DNA of 64,000 bases, taken from the NCBI GenBank assembly GCA_036785375.1, contig JAWMAR010000021.1, positions 4,898,001-4,962,000 of the forward strand. The letters run 5' to 3'. Within the stretch, counting starts at the first letter, position 1, and every line of letters begins with the position of its first letter. The notes beneath the pieces were generated by a model. That model was not told the DNA's origin, did no database searches, and saw nothing but the letters and a program-made list of their open reading frames with translations. Positions 37,690 through 49,890 of this stretch are shown here, one piece after another. The position numbers and the translations under genes are program-made. Source of the stretch: Leucoraja ocellata (taxonomy: Eukaryota).

Positions 37690-39488
37690 AACTGCCGGCG
37701 AGACATCAACTACCTCAACTTCTTCACTCCCCTTACTCATTCTAACCCCCCCCCCCCCCTTCCCGAACGTACAGCCCTCCACTCACTCTGCAACAACCCA
37801 AACTGGGTGATGAAACCAGCCGTGGTAGTCTGGCGCGCTGATCTCTATCGCTCTGAGGTCAGACACCTCCTCCTACTTATCCTTGGACCATGATCCTTGG
37901 ACCATGACGAGCACCAGGCCATTATCTCAAGCACCATCACTAGCTTCATCACTTCCGGCTCCCTGCCCTCCCAAGCCTCCAACCTCATCGTTTCCCAGCC
38001 CTGCACGGCCCGATTTTACCTTCTCTCCAAAATCCACAAACCTGCCTGTCCTGGCAGACCCATTGTTTCTGTTTGTTCTTGTCTCACCGAACTTATTTTC
38101 ACATACCTCGACTCCATCCTATCACCCCTACCTACGTCGAAGATACCTCACACGCTCTTCGTCTCCTCCATGACTTCCGTTTTCCAAGCCCCCACTCTCT
38201 CACCTTCACCATGGATGTCCAGTCACTCTACACCCCCATCCCCCACCAGGAGGGTCTTCAAGCCCTCCGTTTCTTCCTTGACCGCAGAACCAACCAATCC
38301 CCGTCTACTGATAATCTCCTCTACCTAGCAGAGCTGGTCCTTACCCTCAACAACTTTTCCTTTGACTCCTCCCATTTCCTTCAAATCCAAGGAGTAGCTA
38401 TGGGCACGCGCATAGGCCCCAGCTATGCCTGCCTCTTTGTAAGGTACGTCGAATAATCCTTCTTCGTGGCATACCGTGGCCCTAGCCCCGAACTTTACCT
38501 CCGCTACAATGACAACTGCATCGGTGCTATTTCCTGCACCCATGCAGAACTCACTGACATCATCCATTTCATCCCTAACTTCCATCCGGCACTCAAATTC
38601 ACCTGGACCATTTCCAACATCTCCCTACCGTTTCTAGACCTCACTATCTCCATCGCAGGTAACTGACTACTGACCGACATCTACTACAAACCCACTGACT
38701 CCTAATTCCTCCATCTACGCCGCATCTGCACTCAGGATGAAGTGTTCCAAACCAGGGCATCGGAGATGTCCTCATTCTTTAGGGGGTTCCCCTCTTCGAC
38801 TATAGATGAGGCTCTCACGAGGGTCTCCTCTATACCCCGCAACTCTGCTCTCACTTCCCATCTCCCCACTCGTAACAAGGACAGAGTCCCCCTTGCCCTC
38901 ACCTTCCACCCTAGCAGCCGTCACATACAACAGATAATCCTCCGACATTTTCGCCACCTCCAACGGGATCCCACCACTGGCCACTTCTTACCATCGCCTT
39001 CCCTTTCGGCTTTCCGCAGAGGCCGCCCCCTCCGTAACTACCTGGTCAATTCGTCCCTTCCCACCCAAACCAACCCCTCCCCTGGTACTTTCCCTTGCAA
39101 CCGCAGGAAATGCTACACTTGTGGCTTTACCTCCCCCCTTGACTCCATCCAAGGACCCAAGCAGTCTTTCCAGGTGAGGCAGAGGTTCACCTGCACCTCC
39201 TCCAACCTTATCTATTGCATCCGCTGCTCTAGGTGTCAACTGCACTACATCGGTGAGTCCAAGCGTAGGCTTGGCGATCGCTTCGCCCAACACCTCCGCA
39301 CGGTTCGCATTAACCAACCTGATCTCCCTGTGGCTCAGCACTTCAACTCCCCCTCCCATTCTGAATCCGACCTTTCTGTCCTGGGGCTCCTCCATGGCCA
39401 GAGTGAGTCCCACTGCAAATTGGAGGAGCAGCACCTCATATTTCGCTTGGGTAGTTTACATCCCAGCGGTATAAACATTGACCTCTAA
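37690..39488 (+). pseudogene. Penelope RT plus GIY-YIG endonuclease ORF, frameshifted
   Basis: FYLLSKIHK...GRPIVS, TMDVQSLYT, GVAMGTRIGPSYACLF, YLRYNDN (degenerate YxDD), LPFLDL, LIYCIRC..C...YIGE.KR.L..RF..H. Confidence 0.9.
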
Positions 39489-39713
39489 TTTCAGGCAGTC
39501 CTTGCTTTCTCCCTCCTTCCTCTCCCCTTCCCAGCTCTCCCACAGCCTACTGTCTCCGCCTCTTCCTTTCTTCTTCCCGCCCCCCCTCCACCCCCACATC
39601 AGTCTGAAGAAGGGTCTCAATCCGAAACGTCACCCATTCCTTCGCTCCATAGATGCTGCCTCACCCACTGAGTTTCTCCAGCATTTTTGTCTACCTTAAA
39701 CTAAACTAATGTT

Positions 39714-39726
39714 GAGAACTGGTACT

Positions 39727-39760
<34 letters not shown>

Positions 39761-39980
39761 TTCAGGAGCTAAATAATAGGTTAATAATGTCAAATAATTA
39801 TGCAGATTCAATTCACGACTAAAACAATCAGGTCACTGATGAAACTGGTACTCAATTACGGAATGATGAGAAGAGGCCCAAAAGAATATGTGTTCAGAAA
39901 CCAAAATAATTTATCAATAGTGTCAAATAGTTATGCCGGTTCAATTAATGATTAAAACAATCAGCTCACTAGTGAAATTA
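39714..39980. repeat. Diverged ~130-bp tandem duplication containing (TA)n at 39730-39757
   Basis: aactggtactcaa twice; gttcag...tgtcaaata.ttatgc...ttcaatt...ga.taaaacaatcag.tcact twice. Confidence 0.75.
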
Positions 39981-40821
39981 ATTTATCCAAATTATTACTC
40001 TTTCAGATAAGGTCGTGTGCTTTCAACTGTAGAAATTTGCCACGAGAAACAACGGTTTTTGAGCTCCAGTTTAAAAAAAAAAATTGTTAATCCCTCCAGC
40101 AAATCAAAGTAAGCATATTTCCGTTATCTTTCTTTTCCTTGATGTTCCAGGTGGAGGAAAACGTTGGAGGGCTATTGAGCCAAATGCAGGCAAATGTGCC
40201 AATATGCCAACTTGGTTGCCATGGACAAGATGGGGCCCAAATGCCTGTTGCCGTGTTGCATTGCTCTGTGACTCTCTGACTCTATCTGATTTTAGTATGT
40301 TTTAAATTAAGCACCATTTCCAAGACTAAGACATTTTCCAAGTTTACAGAATCAAGATAATGCCTGATGTTTTCAGAATGAAACAGATATTTGAGCTTCC
40401 TATGTGCATGCATGCCTTTAGAATATCCGAGCAATCTACTCCTTAATCCTTCCCACCCGTAACTCCTCAAAGCAAGTTACCAGGTGCAGAACACTAAACA
40501 TTTTGAAACATGCCACTGCTCTCTGTGCTTTATGCCTGTACTCACCTGGGCATCTGTACCAAAGGAATAGTAAATATTCTTGAACAATCATTTTAAGTTT
40601 AGTGTCAATCTCTTATTTGTTTACCTCATTGAAGTAGGTTGAGTTGAATTAGGATATACAGGAAAACACGTTGCAGGTATAGCATGGATTTAGATTTCCT
40701 ATCACACAGTAGAAAATTCACGTCTTATCAGCACGATTTCTCTAAATCTACCACCATCCAAAATTGGTTTAGCTGAAGCAAAAACGTGTTAGTTTAGTTT
40801 ATTATTGTCACGTTTACTGAA

Positions 40822-41128
40822 AGCAGCATGGTGGCGCAGCAGTAGAGTTGCTGTCTTACAGCGCCAGAGACCTGTGTTCGATCCTGACTACAGGTGCTGT
40901 CTGTACGGAGTTTGTATGTTCTCCCTGTGGCTATGTGTGTTTTGTCCAGATGGTCGGGTACCCTCCCACACTCCAAAGACGTGCAGGTTTGTAGGCTAAT
41001 TGACTTCTGTAAATTGTAAATTGTCCCTAGTGTGTAAGGCTAGTGCTAGTGTACGGGATGATTGACGGTTGGCACAGACTCGGTGGGCCGAAGGACTTGT
41101 TTCCACACTGTATCTCTGAAGTCTAAGG
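40822..41128 (+). mobile_element. V-SINE
   Basis: Complete head, core and tail. Confidence 0.87.
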
Positions 41129-43545
41129 TACAGTGAAAAGGTTTTGTTTGTGTGCTATCCAGTCATTAAAAAGAGTATGTATGAATACAATCAAGCTGTC
41201 TACAGGTTCAATGGTACTTTGTTGAATGTCACGTGTACTGAGATACAGTGAAATTCCTTTTTGCATACAGTTCAGTAAAAGTATTATTGTACATCAGCAC
41301 AATCTTAGTTAAGTACAAGTGAATGGGAATAATACACAGAGACAGTATAGAAGAGTCGCCATGTTTAGGCACAATTTTTCATGATTCGTCCCAAATTGTT
41401 AAACAGTACACAGATAAAGGATAAAAATACAGCATTTAGTGCATGATATAGCATGGTCGTTGTAAAAAGTCTGATTAAGGGCCAATGAGGTGGATGGGAG
41501 GCCAGACACAAAGCTGATTGGAAGGGCATAAGTTGACTTTTATGATTATTTTACTTTGCATTCAATCATTACCACTATATTCCGCACTCCTGCCTCAGAA
41601 TAGTTTTCCTGTTAGAGCACAATTAATTAAAGCAGCCACGTTGATGATGTTAATTTGCTGACACAAGAGAAAAGATCAAATGGCTGTGGGAATACAGGCT
41701 TCAGTTCATTGGCAATGAGACAGAGCGTCAGTAATTCATTCAGCAGGGATCAGTCCATGGCTGAACAGATCTTGCATGGTAGACAGTTTTGTGAGTTCTT
41801 CCAGATGAGATCTATGAGCCATTGATCTCTGACATGTTGGTCTGTCAAACGTCTGGTGTGAAGGAGATGATAAAGATGGAGGTGACGAGCAGGGAATTCA
41901 GATCTTTGAACTCTAACACCTTTTAGATTATTATTCAATGTGAATGAGCCATTAATACAACAACTGTCAATTAATTGAATTACTTACGAATAGCTCCAAA
42001 GAAGTAAAATTGTTCTTTTACGGGGAAAAAAACAGGGTGTGAAACATCAGCGAGCAAACTGTGATTGCAATACTGTAGGCATGATTGATCAAACACCTTC
42101 AAAATGAACGAATTTCTGGAAAAAACTAAACATACACTAAATAGACCAATTTAAAATATTAATATTACTGACTGGGCGGGGTTAGGTACCATTTAATGAA
42201 TTGCTGAAACAAATTTTATCTGGAAAGTTAAACCAGTAGTGAGTTTAAATGATGGTGATCTTGAATATGAAAATGTTTATTATTAATATCTAAAATGTAT
42301 ATTATTTGGAAGTATTAATTAAGAAAATGAATGCAATTTAATAAGCAATGATTGAATGGCAGATTAGACGGGCTGATTGGCCTAATTCTGCTCTTATGTC
42401 GTGGTATTATGGTATTAATTTGAGGATATTGATGTCTATCTGGGAAGTAGAAATATAAAAGAATAATCATAACTATAAACTCAGAGTAATAGCATTGATC
42501 AGACCACACTAAACTTTGTTGTGTATGATTCTGGTTACCAAGTGTTAAAACCATTGATAGGACATAGAGAAAAGTAACTAGACTAATCTAAACTAGATGG
42601 AGAATGAACTATAATACAATATTTGAGTTCATTGTGGAATTAGATGTTAAATAGTAGGGTTTAAGCTAAGAGGCAAATATTAAACTATCCTCACAGAGTT
42701 TAGCCAAGAAGTATAAACATAAAAAGATGTATGTAATATATCGTCGATGATTTTTATGACTTGGAAAAATCAGGCTAACAGTGAATAATACTGAAAGTGA
42801 AAGCATATCAGTGCATACCAAATTAAAACAAATAAAGCTATGAATTTGGTCAGATACAGAGTCGACATTGAAAGCTAAATGTTTGTGCAACATTTAGACA
42901 TAAGAGTTTATTCATTTTATGTGCTATTGATTCCTACAATGTAGCACTAATATAAATGTTACCTTAAGATGACATAAAATCTTCCAAAATGACAATAGAT
43001 TTAACTGCATCAGTTAAAAAAAAACCTCACCGTTTAGTGAATGTCATAAATCAGGATTAACCAATGTAGATTTTGATCTATGGCTTTTTTCATTTGAGAG
43101 TCAAACATTTTCTGATCATTTTTGAGATCTGCCACATTGTCTAATTTCCCTGGGAAATGACATGAATTGGAGAAGGATAATTGACAAACGAGTAACATTT
43201 GTTAGAAGAATCCTTTTGACTTTCATTTTCCCCCCTTTTAGAAGTTCACATATTGTTAATATATTATAAAATAACTAGCAGTCACATAATTGGGTTATTG
43301 AAATGTCTGCTCTAAAAGGCAATATAGAATATCACTACAACAATAACCCAACTAATCTTTGTTTATATAATTAAATAATTTCTTTATTAAGGAACTTTTT
43401 TTAATGCTTAGTGCACAAACTAATTATTCATTAGCAGCGCTGATTACTCACGGATATCATTTACGGTCATTTAGTAGCCACCTCAAATAGGGTTTAGTGG
43501 TCATTAAGCCCTATCTACTAATTAAAGTTTAATTGCTACTAGAGA

Positions 43546-43720
43546 TAGACACAAAGTGCTGGAGTAATTCAGTGGGCCAGGCAGCATCTCTGGAGAACGT
43601 GGATCTCTGAAGAAGGGTCCTGACCAATAACATCACCTATCTATTTACTCCAGAGTTGCTGGCTGAGTTACTCCAGCACTTTGCATCTAACGTTGGTATA
43701 AACTAGCATATTTAGTTGCT
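43546..43720. mobile_element. Fold-back Penelope pLTR-derived element
   Basis: caaagtgctggagtaa mirrored by ttactccagcactttg; central ctgaagaagggtcc. Confidence 0.75.
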
Positions 43721-44913
43721 TCTTATTATATTTAATTACGACTAATTAATTTCTTCATTTGTTGGATGGCCACAGCTTCACAATCATTAAAAGCTTTTTT
43801 CACAACGTGATCAGGGCAACACCGGATGGAAAACTTTGTGGCTGGTATCAAATGACTCAAGGTATGTGTTTTCTCAGCTTATGGGCTCTCATCTTTAAGG
43901 TATTGATGCAAGGCAAAAAAGCAACGAGGGTTGTGCCCCAGTAACTGTGGAGGTCAGACACGTTCCGTAAGTAAGCAAGAAGCTAGCGTCCAGGGAGTGT
44001 GGAAGCCATAATCATTCAGGAAATCTTGTTGGTGAGGGGTAGTTGTTGAAATTTGTTCTTGCATTTTGTTGAAATTCAACAGTTATGATGTCAAGTTCTC
44101 TCTGTCTTTTCAGGAAAAACAAGCTGACATCAGGCCCCAGCTACAGATCACCGCTTTAACATGTCAATCTCAATCTCAGTTAGGATTTTCCTTTTCCATG
44201 CTGGCAGAGCCTTCTCCAACAAACTGTGGGTTTTGTGCTCCATCATTTACTTCTATGAATTATCCATGTGGTCATTAAAAGAATTGGTGTGCGTGCATAA
44301 GATCCAATGAACGATTAATTGCTGTTCATTTGCTAATGAACTAGTTACAACATCCAACAAAATAATCAAAACAAATGGGTTAGAAACGAGGAACTGCAGA
44401 TGCTGGTTTACCAAGGCACAAAGACACAAAATGCTGGAGTAAATCAGCGGGTCAGTCAGCATCTGTGGAGGACATGGATAGGTGATGATTCGGGCCAGGA
44501 CCCTTCTTCAGACTGATTGCAGGGGCGGGGGGAAAGAAAGCTAGAAGAAAGGAGTGCAAGAAAAAGTACGGCAAATCATAAGTTAATCAGTTTGAAGGCA
44601 ACAGTTGATTGAATTGAAATTAAGTACAGACCGAAACGTAGGAATTACTGGATTAAAAAGTATTATGTTTTACTTGCACAATTCACGCATGTTATTTCCT
44701 AATCTCACAACCTTTTGTCTCCTTTTCATCTCTGGCCTTTACCCACCCATCTGCCAGTCAAGCCTCTCTCACCTGTATTCAGAAATTCATAAGTTGTAGG
44801 AGCAGCATTGGGCCATTCGGCCCATCAAGTCTAATCCGCCATTCAATCATGGTTGATCTATCTCTCCCTCTCCACCCCATTCTCCTGCCTTCTCCCCTTC
44901 ACACCTGACTTTG

Positions 44914-45136
44914 CTTAGACTTAGTTCCTCCCACACTGTTACTCAACATTGGGCAGCAAGCTTTCGCCATTCTATATGGTTATGTGCGCCGTCTTCCACC
45001 CTCGTTAGGCTTGTGTCCCGGGCTTCCAAATCCTTTTGGAATGTTTGCCTCCATGTGAGTTTTGGTCGGCCTCTTTTCCTTCTTCCATGTCATTGCTATC
45101 TTAGGTGCACGTTCTGGTGACATTCTGAGTACATGC
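44914..45136 (-). mobile_element. RTE-clade LINE 3' end
   Basis: Minus strand reads HVLRMSPERAPKIAMTW, then RRKRGRPKLTWRQTFQKDL...EWRKLAAQC*; short (taagtc) tail. Confidence 0.8.
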
Positions 45137-45139
45137 TGC

Positions 45140-45520
45140 AAATTTCATCCTACGTACCTCTATGTCGGGAGCTCGCAGGTCACAGGCTGGTGCCTGTTTT
45201 CCGGAGCTCCCGCGGCAACAGCTGGACCACCCCGGGCTGCGAGCTTGAACCGACCCGTTCGCGGAGCTCGGTGAGCCGCGGGACTTGACTTGCCATCGCC
45301 CGGTGGGGTATCGCCTCAGCACAGAGGGAGAAGAGGAGGGAAGAGACAGTAACCCTAAGATTTTTGCCTCCATCACAGTGAGGAGGTGCCTGGTGAACTC
45401 ACTGTGGTGGATGTTAATTTGTATTTATTGTGTGTTTTGTTGTTTATTATATGTATGGCTGCAGGCAACGACATTTCGTTCAGACCGAAAGGTCTGAATG
45501 ACAAATAAAGTTATCTATCT
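45140..45520 (+). mobile_element. GC-rich unclassified retroposon ending in a stem-loop and tgacaaataaa
   Basis: CpG-rich 5' part, T-rich tract, hairpin at 45477-45500, (atct)n tail. Confidence 0.55.
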
Positions 45521-46399
45521 GTCCTTGCTGAGAGGCTTTGTGACAGTTTCACGGTAGATCTGACACCCGTGCTAATCAAGAATCCATCACTCTCCGCCTG
45601 AATCTCCATTGACGGCCTCCACGGCCTTCTGTGACAATGAATTCCACCTATCACTGAATCTGAAGTCTGAAGAAGGGTTCCTTTTTCTCCAAAGATGTTG
45701 CTTGACTTGCTGAGATACTCTAGCACTTTGTGTCTATCTTCAGTATAAACCAGCATCTGGAGTTCCTTTCTATACACCTACCTGTGGGATAGAAGTCAGC
45801 AATGGGCAACAGTGACTGAGAACTCTCACTTGCTATTGATGTTAAAATTGGAAAGAATGTAGAGAAGATTTACGAGGATGTTACCAGGGCTTGAGAACCT
45901 GAGCACTAGGGAGAGGTTGGGCAGGTCGGGACTGAATTATTTTGTGTTCAAGAGTGTTCAAAAATAAGGGTCAAAAGGTATGGGGGGAAAAGGCAGGAGA
46001 ATGGGGTTGAATGGGTAAAATAGATCAACGATGATCAAACGGCAGAGCGGACTTGATTGGCCGAATAGTCTAATTCTGTTCCTGTGTCTTATGGTCTAGG
46101 AATAAAGTATATTTTCTTAACAAAAATGCATTTGTCTGTTCAGCGAGTATTATTATTTTAATAATCAATTTCTTTTTTTGTAGTTTGTCTGACCCACCTC
46201 AGCTCAGCTGGATTCGGTTCCCAGTAGGTTAGTTAGAATGACAGGCGCAGGAGTGAATGTGATGTCTTTTTTTCACTGCACCATCTCAGTGGAATAGGCA
46301 CGTATAATCTCCTCCATATGTTAATTCAAAATGCCGGCAGAATAGCAGAGGTGTAATCTTGCTTAAATTGCACAGGTCATCATGTCAGCTGCAACCACT

Positions 46400-46760
46400 T
46401 TAGTAGCGCCCTTATTTATAAATTAGAGGGTTCTAGGTTTAAATCCCATTCCCGCATCTTGTGCACTTGGTTCTGTACCTTCCCTTACCCCCAGTTTCCC
46501 CCTCCCCGACTCTGTCTGATGAAGAGTTTCGACCCGAAACATCACCTATTCCCTTTCTCCAGAGATGCTGTCTGAACCGCGCTGGGTCTGCAGTGAGGGA
46601 GTCGTGGACTGCACGAGGCTACTGCCTTTCAACGACTCGTTAAACTGAGACCCTGCCGCAAAATCTCTTGGGTGAATATAAAAGATGCCGTCAAAGAGGA
46701 GATGGGCACTTATCCCTTGTGTCCTGGGCAATATATCCATCAATCAATATTTCTGCAAAA
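46400..46760 (+). mobile_element. Ancient Deu-domain SINE interrupted by a pLTR fragment (46470-46580)
   Basis: gagggagt...cgttaaactgagaccc...taaaagat...tgtcctgggcaatat...tcaatcaatat. Confidence 0.65.
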
Positions 46761-47184
46761 ATTAAAAAATTAAATTTAGGGTTAGACCTCTTTAAAAACA
46801 TATCTGCTGCAAACAGCGATGAAACTAGATGGTTTAAATGAAAGATTGGATGCTGTTGAATTGGCAATTTGTAATGTTAATTAGCTATGTTTGTTGTTAT
46901 AATTATGTGGTCTTCTGCTGTGTTTATTAGGCAATTAGCATGTAAATCCAGGGTGAGCTGCAGTTTGTGTCTGGAACATGCAGAGGAGCTAAATTCAAGC
47001 TAGAAACTCACATATGGAGACCCTTGGACTATAAGGTCATAGGGATAGGAGTAGAATTGGGCCATGCGGCTCATCAAGTCCACTCCGCCATTCAATCATG
47101 GCTGATCTTTCTCTCCCTCCGAACTCCATTCTCCTGCCTTCTCCCCATAACCTCTGACTGCTGTAAATCCCATCTATGTTTGAT

Positions 47185-47930
47185 TGGCTAGGCGATCGTT
47201 TCGCTGAACACCTTTCCTCAGTCTGCCTAGGCCTACACGATCTTCCAGTTGCCAAACACTTTAACTGCCATTCCCACTGACCTTTCTGTCCTGGGCCTCC
47301 TCCACTGTCAGAGATGAAGTCTGCAAATTGGAGGAACAGCAACCTCATATTTCACTTGGGCAATACAACCCAGTGGTATGAATATTGATTTCTCTAAAGT
47401 TGTAACCCTTGCATCCCCTCTCTCTCCGTCCCTCCCCCACACTAGTTGTCGTACCAATTTCGCTGCCGTCCCCGTTGCGTTTCACTGTCTGTATAACTCG
47501 TTATCTCCTACCCCACAGCCAACAATGGGCCATTGTAAGCCCCACCTTCCCAAAATCATTGTTTGGTTTTGTATATCTTTCATTCATTTGTTATATATGT
47601 ACCTATATCTCTCATTTCCCTGACTCTCAATCTGTAGGAGGGCCTCAAAACAAAATATGACATAAGGTACACAAAATTGCTGGAGAAACTCAGCGGGTGC
47701 AGTAGCATCTATGGAGCGAAGGAAATAGGTGACGTTTCGGGCCGAAACCCTTCTTCAGACTCCAGTCTGAAGAAGCAATTTTGTGTACCTTCGATCTTCC
47801 AGCATCTGCAGTTCCTTCTTGAACAAAATATCACCTATTCCTTTTCTCCAGAGATGCTGCTGGACCCGCTGAGTTACTTCAGTTTTTTTGCGTCTATCTC
47901 TGGTGTAAACCAGCATCTGCAGTTTCTACC
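47185..47930 (+). mobile_element. Old Penelope 3' fragment with a nested fold-back element (47659-47821)
   Basis: ggcgatcgtttcgctgaacacct GIY-YIG end; 10-bp duplication aacaaaatat at 47649 and 47822. Confidence 0.78.
47728..47760 (-). ncRNA. Minimal hammerhead ribozyme-like motif
   Basis: Reverse complement GT-CTGAAGA-A-GGGT(TTCG)GCCC-GAAA-CGTC-ACC. Confidence 0.6.
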
Positions 47931-48269
47931 GACATATTTTAATCGGAATTTACTGGACCTTATCTTTCATTAAACGCTATTCGCGTTATTTCCTTTATCA
48001 TGTATCTGTACACTGTGGACGGCTCGATTGTAATCGTGTATTGTCTTTCCACACACTCGTTGGCACGCAACAAAAGGTTTTTGCTGTACCTCAGAACCTC
48101 TGTGTCTAGTTCCACCCTCCTCATCTCCACTTCCACCCCGACTACATTTGTGGCCCTTTTTACTCTCCTTATCTGTTTCTACCTACAGCAACCCCCCCCC
48201 CCCCCCCCCCCCCCCCCAAAACTCTAACCATCCTCTTCCCCTGTCCAGCTCTTTCAGCTCCTGTATTAA

Positions 48270-48500
48270 CTAGTGTCCTTCTACCACTGGACATTGAGGG
48301 GCAGAGTCGGGTGGGGACACCCGTCAAACAAGCAAAGGGATATCAGCCCAGGGGTGGGGGCACATGAATGGCAATGGTGTTTTGTTTATATTAGTGAATA
48401 TGCTACTATTTAATATGTATATAAAATGTATGAGGAGATTTTGCAATGTTTTTGTTTTGTATGTATTTTTTATTTGGAATAAAGTTTATTTTTTTGAAAA
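48270..48500 (+). mobile_element. Possible L1/Tx1-type retroposon 3' end
   Basis: G-rich then T-rich UTR, gaataaagtttattttt and a short A run. Confidence 0.4.
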
Positions 48501-48899
48501 AGATAAAAGACCTTGCCTGCCCAGCCTCCCCCTACAGCTCAGACCCTCAGGTTTTGGCACCATCCTTCTAAATCTTCTCTGCATTCTTACCAGCCTGTTT
48601 GTTCTCTGTGATGAGATGCATGTTTATGTTGTTGAACCTGTGACCCTCTGACCTTGGAGACTCAAGGAACCGCAGATGCTGGTTTAACAAAAAAAGGACA
48701 TAAGGTGCTGGAGTAACTGAGCGGGTCAGACAGCATCTCTGGAGGACAAGAATGGGTGATGTTTTCAGTCGGGACACTTCTTTAGGCTCCCTCAGGCCAT
48801 ACTGTTTGGGGGATGGGATTGTTTTAGGTCCTTCAATGAAAATCGGGCAGCACACCGTGGTGTAGAGCTGCTGCCTCACAGCGCCAAACACCTGGGTAC

Positions 48900-49890
48900 A
48901 GCAGGCAGTGAAGAATGCAAAAATGCCAAGTTGGCCTTTATAACAAGAGGAATTGAGTATAGGAGCAAAGAGGTCCTTCTGCAGTTGTATAGGGCCCCAG
49001 TGAGACCACAACAGGAGTATTGTGTGCAGTTTTGGTCCCCTAATTTGAGGAAGGACATTTTTGCTATTGAGGGAGTGCAGCGTAGGTTTACAAGGTTAAT
49101 TGTGTGGGACTGTCATATGCTGAGAGAATGGAGCGGCTGGGCTTGTACACTCTGGAGTTTAGAAGGATGGGTGGGGATCGTATTGAAACATATAAGATTA
49201 TTAAGGGTTTGGACATGCTAGAGGCAGGAAACATGGCCCCGATGTTGGGGGACTCCAGAACCAGGGGCCACAGTTTAATGTTTTTTCATTGTTTTTATTT
49301 TAATATGTTTTATTTATTTATTATTTATTTTTATGATACTGGACTGTAATGAAAATTTATTTTGTTGTCTCCAATATGAGATAATCAAGAGTCAAGAGTC
49401 AATTTAATTGTCATATTTAATGACAATAAATTGAATACTATGCAATACAATTAAGAATAAGGGGTAAGCCATTTAGAACGGAGACGAGGAAGCACTTTTT
49501 CTCACACAGAGTTGTGAGTCTGTGGAATTCTCTGTCTCGGAGGGCGGTGGAGGCAGGTTCTCTGGATGCTTTCAAGAGAGAGCTAGATAGGGCTCTTAAA
49601 AATAGTGGAATCGGGGGATATGGGGAGAAAGCAGGAACGGGGTATTGATTGGGGATGATCAGCCATGATCACATTGAATGGCGGTGCTGGCTCGAAGGGC
49701 CAAATAGCCTACTCCTGCACCTATTGTCTATTGGGTATTTTTAAAGTGGAGATTGATGGGTTTCTGATTAATAAGGGTGTCAAAGGTTATGGGAAGAAGG
49801 CAGGAGAATAGGGTTGAGGGAAAAATAGATCAGCCATGCTTGAACGGCGGAGTAGACTCGATGGGCCAAATGGCCTAATTCTGCTCATGT
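48900..49890 (+). mobile_element. CR1 3' fragments with an internal insert
   Basis: AFITRGIEYRSKEV...YCVQFWSPNLRKDI; two successive CR1 3' tails. Confidence 0.87.

Larger units (their letters stand above)
36617..39696. mobile_element. Penelope-like retroelement with inverted architecture and 17-bp TSD
   Basis: Minus arm 36617-37678 and plus arm 37680-39696; TSD taaactaaactaatgtt at 36600-36616 and 39697-39713. Confidence 0.9.

Noticed and set aside
38742-39488. 248-aa GIY-YIG ORF as a domesticated nuclease gene
   Set aside because: It is the tail of a frameshifted Penelope ORF with a degenerate RT catalytic motif and a deletion; no sign of its own promoter or splicing
36385-39800. Apparent symmetry outside the Penelope element ((TA)n on both sides, inverted aataatgtcaa)
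   Set aside because: Only ~11 bp of AT-rich match; insufficient to define a larger element
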